Source of the DNA: Raja brachyura
Taxonomy: Eukaryota
DNA length: 64,000 nt
Assembly: GCA_963514005.1 (NCBI GenBank)
Contig: OY740784.1
Location: forward strand, 92,814,001 to 92,878,000
Reading direction: 5' to 3'
Part shown: in pieces, positions 26,690-38,890 of the stretch
How the letters are laid out: each line of letters opens with the position of its first letter
Numbering within the stretch: the stretch's first letter is position 1
Notes under the pieces: model-generated
The model's input: the letters and a program-made list of their open reading frames with translations, nothing else
What the model was told of the DNA's origin: nothing
Database searches by the model: none
Program-made: the position numbers and the translations under genes

Positions 26690-27515
26690 GAGCACATGGT
26701 ATTGGGGGTAGGGTGTTGACATGGATAGAAAATTGGTTGGAAGACCAGAAGCAAAGAGTAGGAGTGAACGGGTCCTTTTCAGAATGGCAGGCAGTGGCGA
26801 GTGGAGTGCCATAAAGCTCGGTGTTGGGGCCGCAACTGTTTCCCATATATATTAATGATTTGGAAGAGGGAATTAGGAGCAACGCTAGCAAGTTTGCGGA
26901 TGACACAAAGCTGGGTGGCAGTGTGAACTGTGAAGAGGATGTTAGGAGGTTGCAGAGGGACCTGGACAGGTTGAGTGAGTGGCCAGATGCAGTGTAATAT
27001 AGATAAAAGTGAGGTTTTCCACTTTGGCGTCAAAAACAAGGGGGCAGATTATTATCCCAATGGAGTTAGGTTAGGTAAGGGGGAGGTGCAGCGAAACTTG
27101 AGCGTTCTTGTAAAGGTTGGCGTGCAGGTACAGTGGGCAGTGAGGAATCGTGTTGCACGGGGAGCCATATGCAACGGAATTTCATTTGGAATTGCATATA
27201 TCGATTAATTTCTAAATGACAATAAAGTTTGTTTGATGATGATTTGATTGAAAGCTAATGGAATGTTGACCTTCAAAACAAGAGGATTTCAGTATAGGAG
27301 GTTCTTCTGCAGTTGTATAGGGCTCTGGTGAGACAACATCTGGAGTATTGTGTACAGTTTTGGTCTCCTAATTTGAGGAAGGACATCCTTGTGATTGAGG
27401 CAGTGCAGCGTAGGTTCACGAGATTGATCCCTGGGATGGCGGGACTGTCATATGAGGAAAGATTGAAAAGACTAGGCTTGTATTCACTGGAGTGCAGAAG
27501 GATGAGGGGGGATCT
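26690..27515 (+). mobile_element. CR1 LINE RT/C-terminal fragment
   Basis: Encodes [11 protein letters not shown] and [23 protein letters not shown]. Confidence 0.85.
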
Positions 27516-28114
27516 TTGCTCTTAGTGGCTCTCCCACAGAGTATCCATTCCTGCCCATTAGGTTCCCATTGTGATGAAGAACACGCAGGCATGAAAAGTG
27601 GAAAAAGGATTTATTAAAGTTTAAAATGTGAATAACTCTTAAAATATAAGAACATTTAAATGTCAAAGATGAGAATTATTAAGTTTTTTCTTGTTGTGTC
27701 TCTTGTTGCTGCCCACTGCGTCCTTATGTCGCTCTGCTGTTGATTAGAAAAAATAATTTTAAAATAGATTCAGCGGTCAAATTTTAACCAAGATAATCTG
27801 ATAATATCTCAGAAGTCATCATTCAACGAAGCACGCTTTTATATAAGCACGCATATATACACACACACACACAGACTCACTCAAACGTTTAAACACTCCT
27901 GCAGAGGCTGCTGCTGTTGAAGCAAATACGTGCCTTAAATAACGTCCAACAAACACACTCACCATTGACAGAGAAGTCAGCTCTCTTGAATTATTCAGCG
28001 GTGTCTTCACTCGGTGCCTTCTGCAGTCAGCACCATCTTGCCACGAACCTGAAATGAGGCACTCAGCGCCATCTTGCCGCTTTAGCTATCCGGAAACTGT
28101 TGCAACGATTTTAA

Positions 28115-28633
28115 GAGCATGCTGACCGGTTGCATCATGGCTTGGTTCAGCAACTTGAGCGCCCTGGAGCGGAAAAGACTACAAAAAGTATTAAACACTG
28201 CCCAGTCCATCATCGGCTCTGCCTCCCTTCCATTGAGGGGATCTATCACAGTCGCTGCCTCAAAAAGTCTGGCAGTATCATCAAGGACCCACACCATCCT
28301 GGCCACACACTCAACTCCCTGCTATCTTCCCTGCTAAGGTACAGGAGCCTGAAGACTGCAACAACCAGGTTCAGGAATAGCTACTTCCCCACAGCCATCA
28401 GGCTATTAAACTTGGCTCGGACAAAACTCTGAACATTAATAGCCCATTATCTGTTATTTGCACTTGATCAGTTTATTTATTCATGTGTGTATATATTTAT
28501 ATAATGGTTTATGGACACACTGATCTGTTTTGTAGTAAATGCCTTCTATGTTCTGTTGTGCTGAAGCAAAGTCAAGAATTTCATTGTACCATCAGGGACA
28601 CATGACAATAAACTCACTTGGATTTGAACTTGA
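28115..28633 (+). mobile_element. Rex1/Babar-type LINE 3' end
   Basis: GSIIKDPHHPGH...RFRNSYFPTAIRLLN, 3'UTR ending caataaa...(cttgaa)n. Same family as 54457-54752. Confidence 0.8.
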
Positions 28634-28675
28634 ACAGTATTACTTCAAATAAATAAAATTTGAAAATTATGCACT

Positions 28676-30673
28676 TTACTTGTGTTCCACTTTTTGAAGT
28701 TTTTTACATTTCCTTTTAACAGTCATGTTGTGCATTTTTCTATTCTTGAATTTGAGTCCATAGTGCATGTGGATACTCACAAAGATTGCTACAATTCTAA
28801 CCTTGACTCTATTGCAGCACAAGTTCATGTCTTTGTATTGCTGTGTGTTATGTATTGCTGTGTTTATTAGATGGGAAATGTTATCCCTGGTCATGTTAAG
28901 ATCATCAAATTCTGTGTGGAAACCTTTTTCGCACACTTCACAGAACCCAAGAAAGTATTCTGAAGGCACCATCAATGAGCCAAATTCAGACGTTGATGTT
29001 TCATACGCTTTATGATGGATGTAAATGAGTGCAGGATCAACTAAAGTGGTGTCAGTTCTTAATAGAATTTCTCTGCATGTGTTGCATTTTGATGACAGTT
29101 CATGTGAATTGATGATCCTGTGACAGATGTGCCCTGTGATGTGAGCTAGTGTATTTTCTTCAGGGAGATCAAATGAAATGCTGCAGACTGCATTGTGCTG
29201 TTTTGTTTTATTAGTATGGAGATAGATGGAGATGGTTTCTTGACTCTGTTTTTTGTTAGTGTTTGCAATGTTAAGATGAATTTGTCCGAGTCTGGGGAAC
29301 AATTTGCACTCACAGATGGCTTTATCAGCTCAGCAACCATAACCATCCGAAAAGCACATCTAAACTCCTTTGCTGATGGATTTTCTCTGAATCTGCCCTT
29401 TGGACGAATAGTGGAGAACAAATTCTCTACAACATCCTGATTGAGATGTGAACATAAAACGGGCGTCTGTGCTTTCCTTTATGTGCTGCCACAGCTGTGA
29501 AATGCAAGAGATTGCAAGACGCCATCCCTTTACAAACAACACATTTTTAGCTCCAAGCACTGTCAAGCTTTTGAGCGCAGTCAAGCATGATTTAAAGAAT
29601 GACTTATGTGCAGACTTTTCTGACATAGGCCTCCTTAACTTTTTGGGGTCCTTGAAAAACCTGCTGTTAAATGAGTCAAACAGCCCATCAACCATTCCAA
29701 TAAACTCTGCCGTATAAACAGCCTCCAAAGGTAACTTTCCAAGAGCTGCATAGGTGTAGACACCTGCTGCTACAGAATGGCTAAGCACCTGCGCAGCCTT
29801 GTCGACTCTCATTTTAGAGAAGCTGTTTAAAACAAAATGGCCTCTGGTTAATTTTAGGGGGTTTTCTAATGGGCAACTGTGAATCATGCTCATAAAATGC
29901 GTAAATATGTGCCCATTTGATATGTTTTTTCCTGCCATCCTCTCCCTTGACCTCAAAAACATATTTCTCCAAATTTGAGCGAGTGTTTTTCAACAAGTGG
30001 GGTGGGTCATGCATGCTATAGATATTGGTTCCCCCGTGGACGAAGAAAGGATGGTCTTCCGTCACACCCAAGTTGGAGTACAGTCGAATATTGCTTGGGC
30101 CTTGGTCACAAACGGCCTTAGGCTGTAATCCAATAGCCTTAACCTTCTGTAAACATTCATTGAGTAATGTTTGCAGTTTGTCAGCTGTTGTGCAGTCCAG
30201 TGACAGAATGTAACCTACAGATTGCTTTCATTTCCCCATCAAGCCTCTAACCATGAAAACGAGCGCATGGTTGGCAGGCCTTGATGTCTTCCCTAGGGAT
30301 CCAAAGTCCTCAAAACCCTCTACAGAATCTTCAGTAATATTGTAAGAGAGGCTTGCACGTAAACTCATTTCGTCAAAGGAGCCTACACATAATGTATCCC
30401 TCTCTGTCATCCCCGCAACCCTGTCTTTCAAAAGTTCAAAGATCTTAGGGGGAAACCCAGGCCTCACTTCAATATTGCACAACCACCTACGTAGTGATGA
30501 GATTGATGGAAGTGTGAAAATGCACTGCCAGAACTGATATGCTCTGGTGGTAGAGGGACAACGCAACTACCTTGTCTGAATAACTCCATCGTCTTCCTCT
30601 TGCACCTCTACGTCCTGATGCATTACGCAACTGCGACGCAAAGAAAGACAGTGCTGGTTCTTGTAAAAATTCA
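28676..30673 (-). pseudogene. P-element/THAP9-like transposase, frameshifted, N-terminal THAP domain missing
   Basis: Successive motifs LPSISSLRRWL, FDEMSL, AVCDQGPSN, DPPHLLKNTRSNL, KMRVDKAAQVLSHSVA, QDVVENLFSTIR..G..NPS, and a C-terminal CNTC...LMVPS segment. All are P-element transposase signatures. Confidence 0.88.
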
Positions 30674-33560
30674 TGGGGGGTGGTGGGGAGGGGCAAGGGG
30701 GAAACCGCTTTCGGCCACCTCCTCCACGGAGATGCGACTTTTTCCACGTCGCCTCCCTCGCGGCCTAACACCATGGATTGGAGCGGCCTTTCCTGGAGTC
30801 AGGCCCGGAGCATCGGCAGCAGGCGCAGCGTGGACTTTCCATTGCGGAGCGGGCGAATCCTTGCCGGGGGTCGTCAAAGAGGAGTGCTCCGATCGCAGGC
30901 CTGGTGTGGTTGACATCATGGGACTGTGGTCTGCGGGGATTCTAGCTGCGGTTGTGGAGTGGACTTATCATCCGGAGCCTGAGATCCCTTGCCAGGTTCG
31001 GGACCTCCAATTCTTTATAAACTGCAAACCCTTCTACTCTCCAAGGGAATTTAACTCCTTTATTCTCGCTGGAGTTTACACCCCACCCCGTGCCTGCGTA
31101 CGCGTGGTGCAAACGCAACTCGCTGACCAGGTAATGAGGGTAGAGAGTGACATCCATGGTCATTGGACTTTAACAAAGCTAACCTCAGCCATGACCTTAC
31201 AAAGTACAAACTTCATGTTACTTGCCCCACCAGAGGGGAGAGAACGCTTGACCACTGTTACACGTCAATCAAGAACGCATATCGCTCTGTTCCCCGGGCA
31301 GGTCTGGGTCTCTCTGATCATTGTCTAGTTCACCTTATTCCTACCTACAGGCAGAAAATAAAAGCTGCTAAGGCTGTGGTCAGAACAACGAAAAGGTGGA
31401 CAAGCGAGGGCATTGAAAACCTACAATCCTGCTTTGACTGCACGGATTGGAATGTGTTTAGGGAAGCAACCACAAGCCTCAATGAGTATACAGACACCAT
31501 ATCATCATATGTCAGCTTTTGTGAGGACAGTTGCATTCCAACTAGGACCCGGACCTGGTTCAACGATGACAAGCCCTAGTTTACTGCAGAACTCAGTCAG
31601 CTCCGACAGTCTAAAGAGGAAGCCTACAGGTGCGGGGATGCAGACCTCTACAGGCAAGCCAAGTACAAGCTGAGAAGAGGAATCAGAGCTTCCGAGGAAA
31701 GATACTCTGAGAAGTTGAGGAGCAAGTTCCCAGCTAGTGACTCTTCTTCAGTTTGGTAGAGCTTGCAAGAAATCACCAGCTACAAGCGGAAAGCCCCCCA
31801 CTCTTTGGACAATCGTCAGCTGACCAACGACCTGAATGAGTTCTGCAGGTTTGACAAGCAGAAACGTAACCCTGTTATCCCCTCCCCCCCTCCCCACCCA
31901 GCACTTCACACCCACTCACACCCTGACCCCAGTCTTTCCACCCACCCCTCTCCAATCACCATTTAACACACAATTACCCACCGCCTCCGTGTTGCACAAC
32001 ATCACTTCTCCACCACTTCTCCACCAGCAACAATAAAGTTGGAGGTGGAGAGGCTGTTCAGAAGACAGAAAATCCGGAAATCTCCAGGACCGGACAATGC
32101 TTCCCCCTCTACTCTCAAACTCTGTGCCGAACAACTGGCACCGGTCTGCACAGACATTTTCCACCATTCCCTGCAAACCTGTACTGTCCCTGCCTGCTTC
32201 AGTCTCCACTATTGTCCCTTTACCCCAAAAGGCAAGGCTTACTGGTCATAATGACTACAGGCCTGTCGCACTGACCTCTGGAGTCATGAAGACCCTTGAA
32301 AGGCTTGTGCTGACCAAGCTGAAAAATATCACCAACTCCCTGCTGGACCATCTGCAGTTTTCATATCGGGCCAATAGATCTGTGGATGACACAGTCAACC
32401 TGAGCTTGCACTTCATCCTCCAGCACCTAGACCGCCAGGGGACCTATGCGAGGATTTTGTTTGTTGATTTTAGCTCTGTATTCAACACCATTGTGCCAGA
32501 GCTACTACATTCCAAACTTTCCGAGTTGACTGTGCCTGAACCCCTCTGTCGATGGATCACTAGCTTCCTACAGACAGGAAGCAGCATGTGTGGCTGGGAA
32601 AGCACATCTCGGACCCGCAGACCCTCAGCACAGGAGCACCGCAAGGCTGCATACTTTCCCCTCCCCTCTACTCTCTCTACACCAATGACTGCACCTCCAC
32701 TGACTCCTCTGTCAAGTTTCTCAAGTTTGTGGACGACACAACCCTGATTGGACTGATCCAGGATGGGGAGGAATCTGCCCACAGACAGGAAGTAACACAG
32801 CTGGCGTCCTGGTGCCATCGCAGCAGCCTGGAGCTCAATTCTCTTAAGATGGTGGAATTGATTGTACACTTTAGCAGAGCTCCCCCTACCCTCATCCCAC
32901 TCACCATCAACAACACCACACTCACATCTGTGGAATCTATTAAGTTCCTGGGAACCATCATCTCCAAGAACCTTAAATGGGGGGGGCACCATCGACTCCA
33001 GTCAAAAAGGCACAACAGAGGATGTACTTCCTGTGGCAGCTGAGGAAGCACAATCTGCCACAGGCAATGATGGTCCAATTCTATACGGCCATTGTAGTCT
33101 GTCCTCACCTTCTCCATCATGACCTGGTTTGGCACAGCCACCAAACGCGACATTCAGAGGCTGCAGCAAATCGACTGATCAGCTGAGAAGGTTATTGGCT
33201 GCAACCTTCCCTCCATTGAAGAACTGTACACTGCAAGGGCCAGGAAGCGAGCGGGTAAGAGCATCTCTGACCCCTCTAACCCTGGCCACAAACTCTTTGA
33301 ATCACTTCCCACTGGAGGGCGACTCCGGACTGTCAAAGCTGCAACAGCCAGACATAAAAACAGCTCTACTCAATAACCAAAAATCTGTAGCCTCCTTTTT
33401 ATTTAATTCACATGTTTAATCGATAATGTTTTATTATTAATGTTGAATTTTTTATGTGTCATTCCTAACTGTCACTGGATGTCATGTTATCACTTGCGGG
33501 CGGAGCACCAAGGCAAATTCATTGTATGTGAATACTTGGCCAATAAATGAATTCATTCAA
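30674..33560 (+). mobile_element. Rex1/Babar-type LINE, near full-length, decayed
   Basis: APE domain (PFYSPREF, DFNKANL, LDHCY, SDH), RT (KSPGPD, FVDFSSVFNT, PQGCILSP, VDDTT) and a 3' tail ending caataaatgaattcattc. Confidence 0.9.
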
Positions 33561-33924
33561 TCTGTGAGGCTGCAGCCCCTGTTCCATTGTCTAAAGGAGC
33601 TTCTCCTTGCATTCTGGCTGCATTTCTCACCCGCCATCCTCATCTTTGGACACCCTGTGCGTAGGGGAGAGGGTAGGGCTAAAGATGTTCTGGTTGGGTT
33701 ACTCCTGGGCCTGGCCAAGCTGGCCATCCACGAGTCATGGCGGCAGGTGGAAGATGGCTCTGACCCAGCCAGCTGCCTGTCCCTTTTCCAGGGTTACGTC
33801 CACGCCCGAGTGACATTAGAGAGAGACTACGCGCTGTCGATGGGCACCCTGGGGGATTTCCGGGACCACTGGGAGCTGCGGGGGTTGAATGCATCCTTGA
33901 CAAGGATTGTAACATAGCTGTATA

Positions 33925-35586
33925 TAGGTATGTTACAAAACTTACCTTGAGCAGCGCTGCAGTTCTGCCGCTCCCCTTGTGCGTGACTTTGGCGCCTTTC
34001 AGAGGGGGGGGGCGTGTTTAAAGTGCCGTTTTTCTACAGAAAGGCAAATCGATCCCTGTCGGGCGATTTCGTTGCTCGAGAAAAATCGCTCCGATATTTC
34101 ATTCATGAAGGTATTTTTAAATTATGCTAAATTATTTATTATCTAGAGTAATTTAAAAATCATCTTCTAAAGCCGTGAGCGCCGACAACGGGAAGGATTT
34201 TACATAGGGGAGAAAATAAAGTGCAGAGTTTATTTTTATATTAAAACTTGGTTTTTAGAAAGGCTTTACTTCCCGAGGGTGCTCAGGAATAATAACATCA
34301 CACAGAGACTGCTGCTGTCCTTTTATCGGTGCTCCATTGAGAGCATCCTAACATACTGTGTATGCGTGTGGTACACCAGCTGCACAGCAGCTCAGAGGAA
34401 AGCGCTCCAGAGGGCCATTGACAACGCCCAGAGGATTGTCGGCTGCCCTCTCCTTACCTTGGAAGACTTACACAGTTCCCGCTGCATCAAAAAATCCCAG
34501 AATATTATAACGGCATTTCCCAACCCGGACACTCCCTGTTTGAACTGTTGCCGTCAGGCAGACGGTACAGATCTACAAGGACAAGGACAAACAGACTTAA
34601 AAACAGTTTTTACCCCACTGCTATTAAGGCACTAAATGTAGCCGCCAAGGAACGCGGGGACTAAGGGACTGTGGTTGGTACACTGAAATCGACAGAAGGA
34701 TGTAGGGTTGGGTGTTTATGCGTGCTATTTTCATATTTCATATTTATTTTAGTTGTTTCTTTTTTAATATTTTACCTTGTATGTATCGTTAGCTTTTATG
34801 GTTTGAATGTTGCACTGACTGGTTGACATTTTTAAATTTCGTTGTACATGGTTCATGTTACAATGACAATAAAGAAACTATTCTATTCTATATTCTATTC
34901 TTTAATCACATTTTCATGGGGACAAAAAAAAAATGTATGAACCGGCAGTGTTTTTCATGCCGACTTCACCGCAAACCGCAACGTTCTAATCCACCGCATT
35001 CCACTAAAATACACTCGCTAGTTGATTTAAATGGCCATTAATTTACAGGAATTAAACACTAAATTCTTTCCAATTGGCCTACAAATTCATGAAAATGAAA
35101 TTTAAAAAATCATGTTATATTGTGAATTATTGTGTGAATGTTATTTGGACACTTAGGCAATTTAAAAAAGTTTATATTTTCTTAAGAAATGGATAGATGT
35201 TTTGATCTAGTAATTGAATTTTGTAATTAGCTACAATTAGGTAACTAACTAATTATATGCTTTAATTTCAGGTCATCCAAGTAATATTGTTTCATGTTTG
35301 TTTCAGAATGCTTCAATCTATAATAACTGAAAATATCATTGAGTTTTCTTAATTTTTAAGAAAGTTAAGGGCTTTTGACTGTCCTAGATCACAGCTTTTG
35401 TGTTAAGTCAATGGAAAGGCAATGGGGAACAAGATGCTAATTTCTGAGTATGAAAATGGCCATAACCTTTTTAATACTGAAGATATGAAAGTTGTATTAG
35501 GTGTCAAATTAAACTTTTTATGCTTTATCTGATGGGATTAATTGCAGACTTGATTTTTAAAATCTCAAAATTTTGTAACATTGCTA
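33925..35586. mobile_element. Non-autonomous TIR DNA transposon (hAT-like), itself interrupted by a Rex 3' fragment
   Basis: Imperfect TIRs TAGGTATGTTACAAAA / TTTTGTAACATTGCTA, with flanks CTGTATA / TTGTATA. Confidence 0.65.
34278..34900 (+). mobile_element. Rex1/Babar-type LINE 3' end with (CTATT)n tail
   Basis: LLLSFYRCSIESILTYCVCVWY, then caataaa...ctattctattct. Confidence 0.8.
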
Positions 35587-36377
35587 TTGTATAGTTGTTT
35601 ATTTTGTATATTTGTTTGTCTTGTATTATGGTGGTGGGTTCTGTTTTGGTTTTATTGTATTGTATATTTTTTAATATTTGAATAAATATTTTTGATTAAA
35701 AAAAAATTAAGGTGGGCCTGGTGGGTCACCACCTGCTGCTCCGTGCGGCGGCAGGCCTAGTTTGCCACTGCGAGGAAATATAGACTGAAAGTGAGCTATT
35801 GTAACTTTGTTGGTGCCAGAAATGTGATGACCCTTTGTGTACTGCCCAGGTGAATTTTGTTGTATGTTTTTACCAGATTGTATGCACAAAGAATTTCACT
35901 GTACCTATGTACGTGACAATTAAGTATCATTGAATTGAATTCCAATTCTGACTGCTTGTCTTTAAGGTGTGGCTAGGTGCCCTACCAGCATATCACATAT
36001 TCCTTATGATTGTTCATAAAACATTGTGTTGTTGGGCCATTGGCCTCCGAGGTCCAGCAATTCTGCTCAGCTAAGCACAGTTTGCAGTGCACTGCGGCCT
36101 CTGAATGGGCCACTCTCCTTCCATTCCAGCTCCATTTAAATTATTGAAAACTTTGTTAGTATTGTACCACAGTGTGGTCCCATTATCCTCCAGAACTGTC
36201 TCCTTAACTTCACTGACAGGCTTCTTCCTCCCTTTGGAAGCTAAAACTATTTCCCAGTGTAACCGCGCACCAACAAGACACACCCTCTGAAAGATCAACT
36301 GCATTCTGCTTCTCCAAACATGTTGTTGAGTTAAAATCCAATTTACGATCTCAGATTCCTACCACTACATTAAGCAT

Positions 36378-38120
36378 TGAAACATAGAAACTAGGTACAG
36401 GAGTAGGTCATCAGTACCCCATTCCTGCTTCCTCCCCATATCCCTTGATTCCATTAGCCTTAAGAGCTATATCTAACTCTGTCTTGTAAACATCCAGTGA
36501 ATTGGCCTCCACTGCTTTCTGTGGCAGAGAATTCCAGTTTCACAACTCTCTGGGTGAATAGGTTTTTCCTCATCTCAGTCCTAAATGGCCTACCCTTTAT
36601 TCTTAAACTGTGACCCCTGGTTCTAGATTTCCCCAATATCGGGAACATTTTTCCTGCATCTAGCCCGTCCAATCCTTTAAGAATGTTAAATGTTTCTATA
36701 AGATATCCTCTCATCCTTCTAAACTCCAGTGAATATGAGCCCAGTTGATCCATTCTTTCATCATATGTCAGTCCTGCCTGGGGTGGCCATTTGCCTTATT
36801 TTGTGTCATTAATTATGGCATTTGTCTTTAAATTTTAGTCTGCCTGTAATTATGTGGGTGGGATTTATTATGTAGACAGGGGCGTGTTTGCTGCTGGGAT
36901 TCTTGTGCAGAAGCTTAGTTTTAGTTTAGTTTTAGAGCTACATGGCAGAAGGAACACCCTTCGACCATGTAGAGTTTTGCTGAGACTCGAGGAGTTTTCT
37001 TACGTTTAAAAGCGATATGCTGGAGTTTGATGAAGATTAAAGTGTACGAGTCAGAGAAGACGGTCGGATAAATATCTTATTGTTTTTCTTCTACAATAAA
37101 GAAACTATTAATCAAAAGACTGTGGTATGAAGATTTATCATTTGAGAAGCTCTGAAAGTCTCACGGAAAGCTCACATGCATAATACGACATTCTCCTAAA
37201 TCCATGTTGTCTCTTAAGTGGCTGGAGGGAGTAATCTCTTGAACGAGATAAAAATCTACCGCTACACCGCCATCCTGGGAATTAACCTGGTGAACCTACG
37301 CTGCACTCCCTCAATAGCAAGAACGTCCTTCCTCAAATTAGGACACCAAAACTGCACACAATACTCCAGGTACGGTCTCACTGAGCCCTGGACAACTGAG
37401 GAAGGACCTCCTTGCTCCTATACTCAAACCCTCTCGCAATGAAGGCCAACATGCCATTTGATTTCTTCACTGCCTGCTGTACCTGCATGCTTACTTTCAC
37501 TGACTGATCTACAAGGATACCCAGGTCACATTGCACCTCCCCTTTTCTTAATCTGACACCATTCAGATAATAATCTGCCTTCTTGTCACCAAAGTGGATA
37601 ACCTCACATTTATCCACATTATACTGCATCTGCCATGCATCTGCCCACTCGCCCAACCTATCTAAGTCACCCTGCAGCCTCATAACATCCTCCTCACAGC
37701 TCACACTACCACCCAGCTTTGTATCATCCACAAACTTGGAGTTGTTATATTTAATTCCTTTGTCTAAATCATCAATATATATTGCAAATAACTGGGACCC
37801 AGCACAGAGCCTTGCAGCACCCCATTAGTCACTGCCTGGCATTCTGAAAAGGACCCGTTAATCCCTCTCTTTGCTTCCTGTCTGCCAACCAGTTCTCTAT
37901 CCATGTCAATACCCTAACCCCAATACCATGTGCTCTAATTTTGCACACTAATCTTTTGTGTGGGACCTTGTCAAAGGCCTTTTGAAAGTCCAGATACACC
38001 TCATCCACTGGCTGCCCTCATCCATTCCACTTGTTACATCCTCAAAAAATTCCAGATTAGTCAAGCATGATTTCCCCTTCATAAATCCATGTTGACTTTG
38101 ACCAATCCTGTCACGGCTTT
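36378..38120 (-). mobile_element. CR1 LINE 3' portion interrupted by a solo LTR
   Basis: DDTKLGGSVSCEED...QYNVDKCEVIHFG and LEFRRMRGYLIET, with the CR1 tail near 36380. Confidence 0.88.
36779..37266 (+). mobile_element. Solo LTR (~488 bp) with a 5-bp TSD
   Basis: TG...CA termini, internal AATAAA at ~37095, flanks CTGCC / CCGCC. The CR1 sequence resumes in register on both sides. Confidence 0.75.
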
Positions 38121-38212
38121 CCAAATGCGAAACAAAAAATGGGGTTATCCAAGTAGTATCCGATTAGATAATTGTTAACAGATGACCAACAACTGGTAAC
38201 ATCAGAGGATAG

Positions 38213-38890
38213 CAGACACTTAAATAAAACACAAGGTGCTGGAGTAACTAAGTGGGCCAGGCAGTATTTGTGGAAGGAACAGACAGACGACATTTCAGGT
38301 TGGGACCTTTCTTGAGACTGATCGGAGGGCAGAAAGCTGAAAAAGAAAGGTTGGAAGTGAGCCAAAGTCTAACAAGTGATAAGTTGATGCGGTGAGGGGA
38401 GTTTGATTGGCAGATGGGTGGAGTATATGAAAAAGATTAGAGGTGAAAAGGAGACAAAAGGTTTTCAACAAAGAAGAGGTGTGAAATGGAAAGCCAAAAC
38501 AAAAAATGTGGGTGGAAGCAGACGGGTTGGGGGGGGGGGGGGGGGGGGTGTGAAGGGAGTAAAAGGGAAATAGGGGTACAGTACAGTACGAAGGAGGGGA
38601 AAGGAGCAGCATGACTGGGGGGGGGGTGGGGTGGGGGGGTGGAGATGGTGGGAGAATGGATGTGCGGGGTGGGGGAACAAGGGAAAGAATGAGAGGAGAT
38701 AGGGGGAATATTACTTGAAGTTGGAAAAATCAATGTTCATACTGTTGAGTTGCAAAATACCCAATCGAAATATGATATGCTGTTCCTCCTGTTTGGGTGC
38801 AGCCTAACCGGCAAAGAACAGTATGGGAATGGGAAAGAAAGTTAAAATGGTAAGCAACCGGGAGATGCAGCTGTCCTTGGTGCACCGAGC
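38213..38890 (-). mobile_element. Penelope-like element 3' fragment (GIY-YIG C-terminal region and terminal repeat)
   Basis: Minus strand encodes KQEEQHIIFRLG.LQ..SMNIDF, a PLE C-terminal motif, followed by a C-rich tract and the terminal repeat with a decayed hammerhead core (~38288-38320). Confidence 0.7.

Larger units (their letters stand above)
33561..35706 (+). mobile_element. Tx1-like LINE 3' end, split by a DNA transposon; poly(A) at ~35698-35706
   Basis: LQPLFHCLKELLLAFWLHFSP...LLGLAKLAIH. The T-rich 3'UTR resumes at 35587 with AATAAA and an A tail. Confidence 0.65.

Noticed and set aside
28676-30673. Functional host THAP9 gene
   Set aside because: It is frameshifted, intronless, lacks the THAP domain and is embedded in nested TEs.
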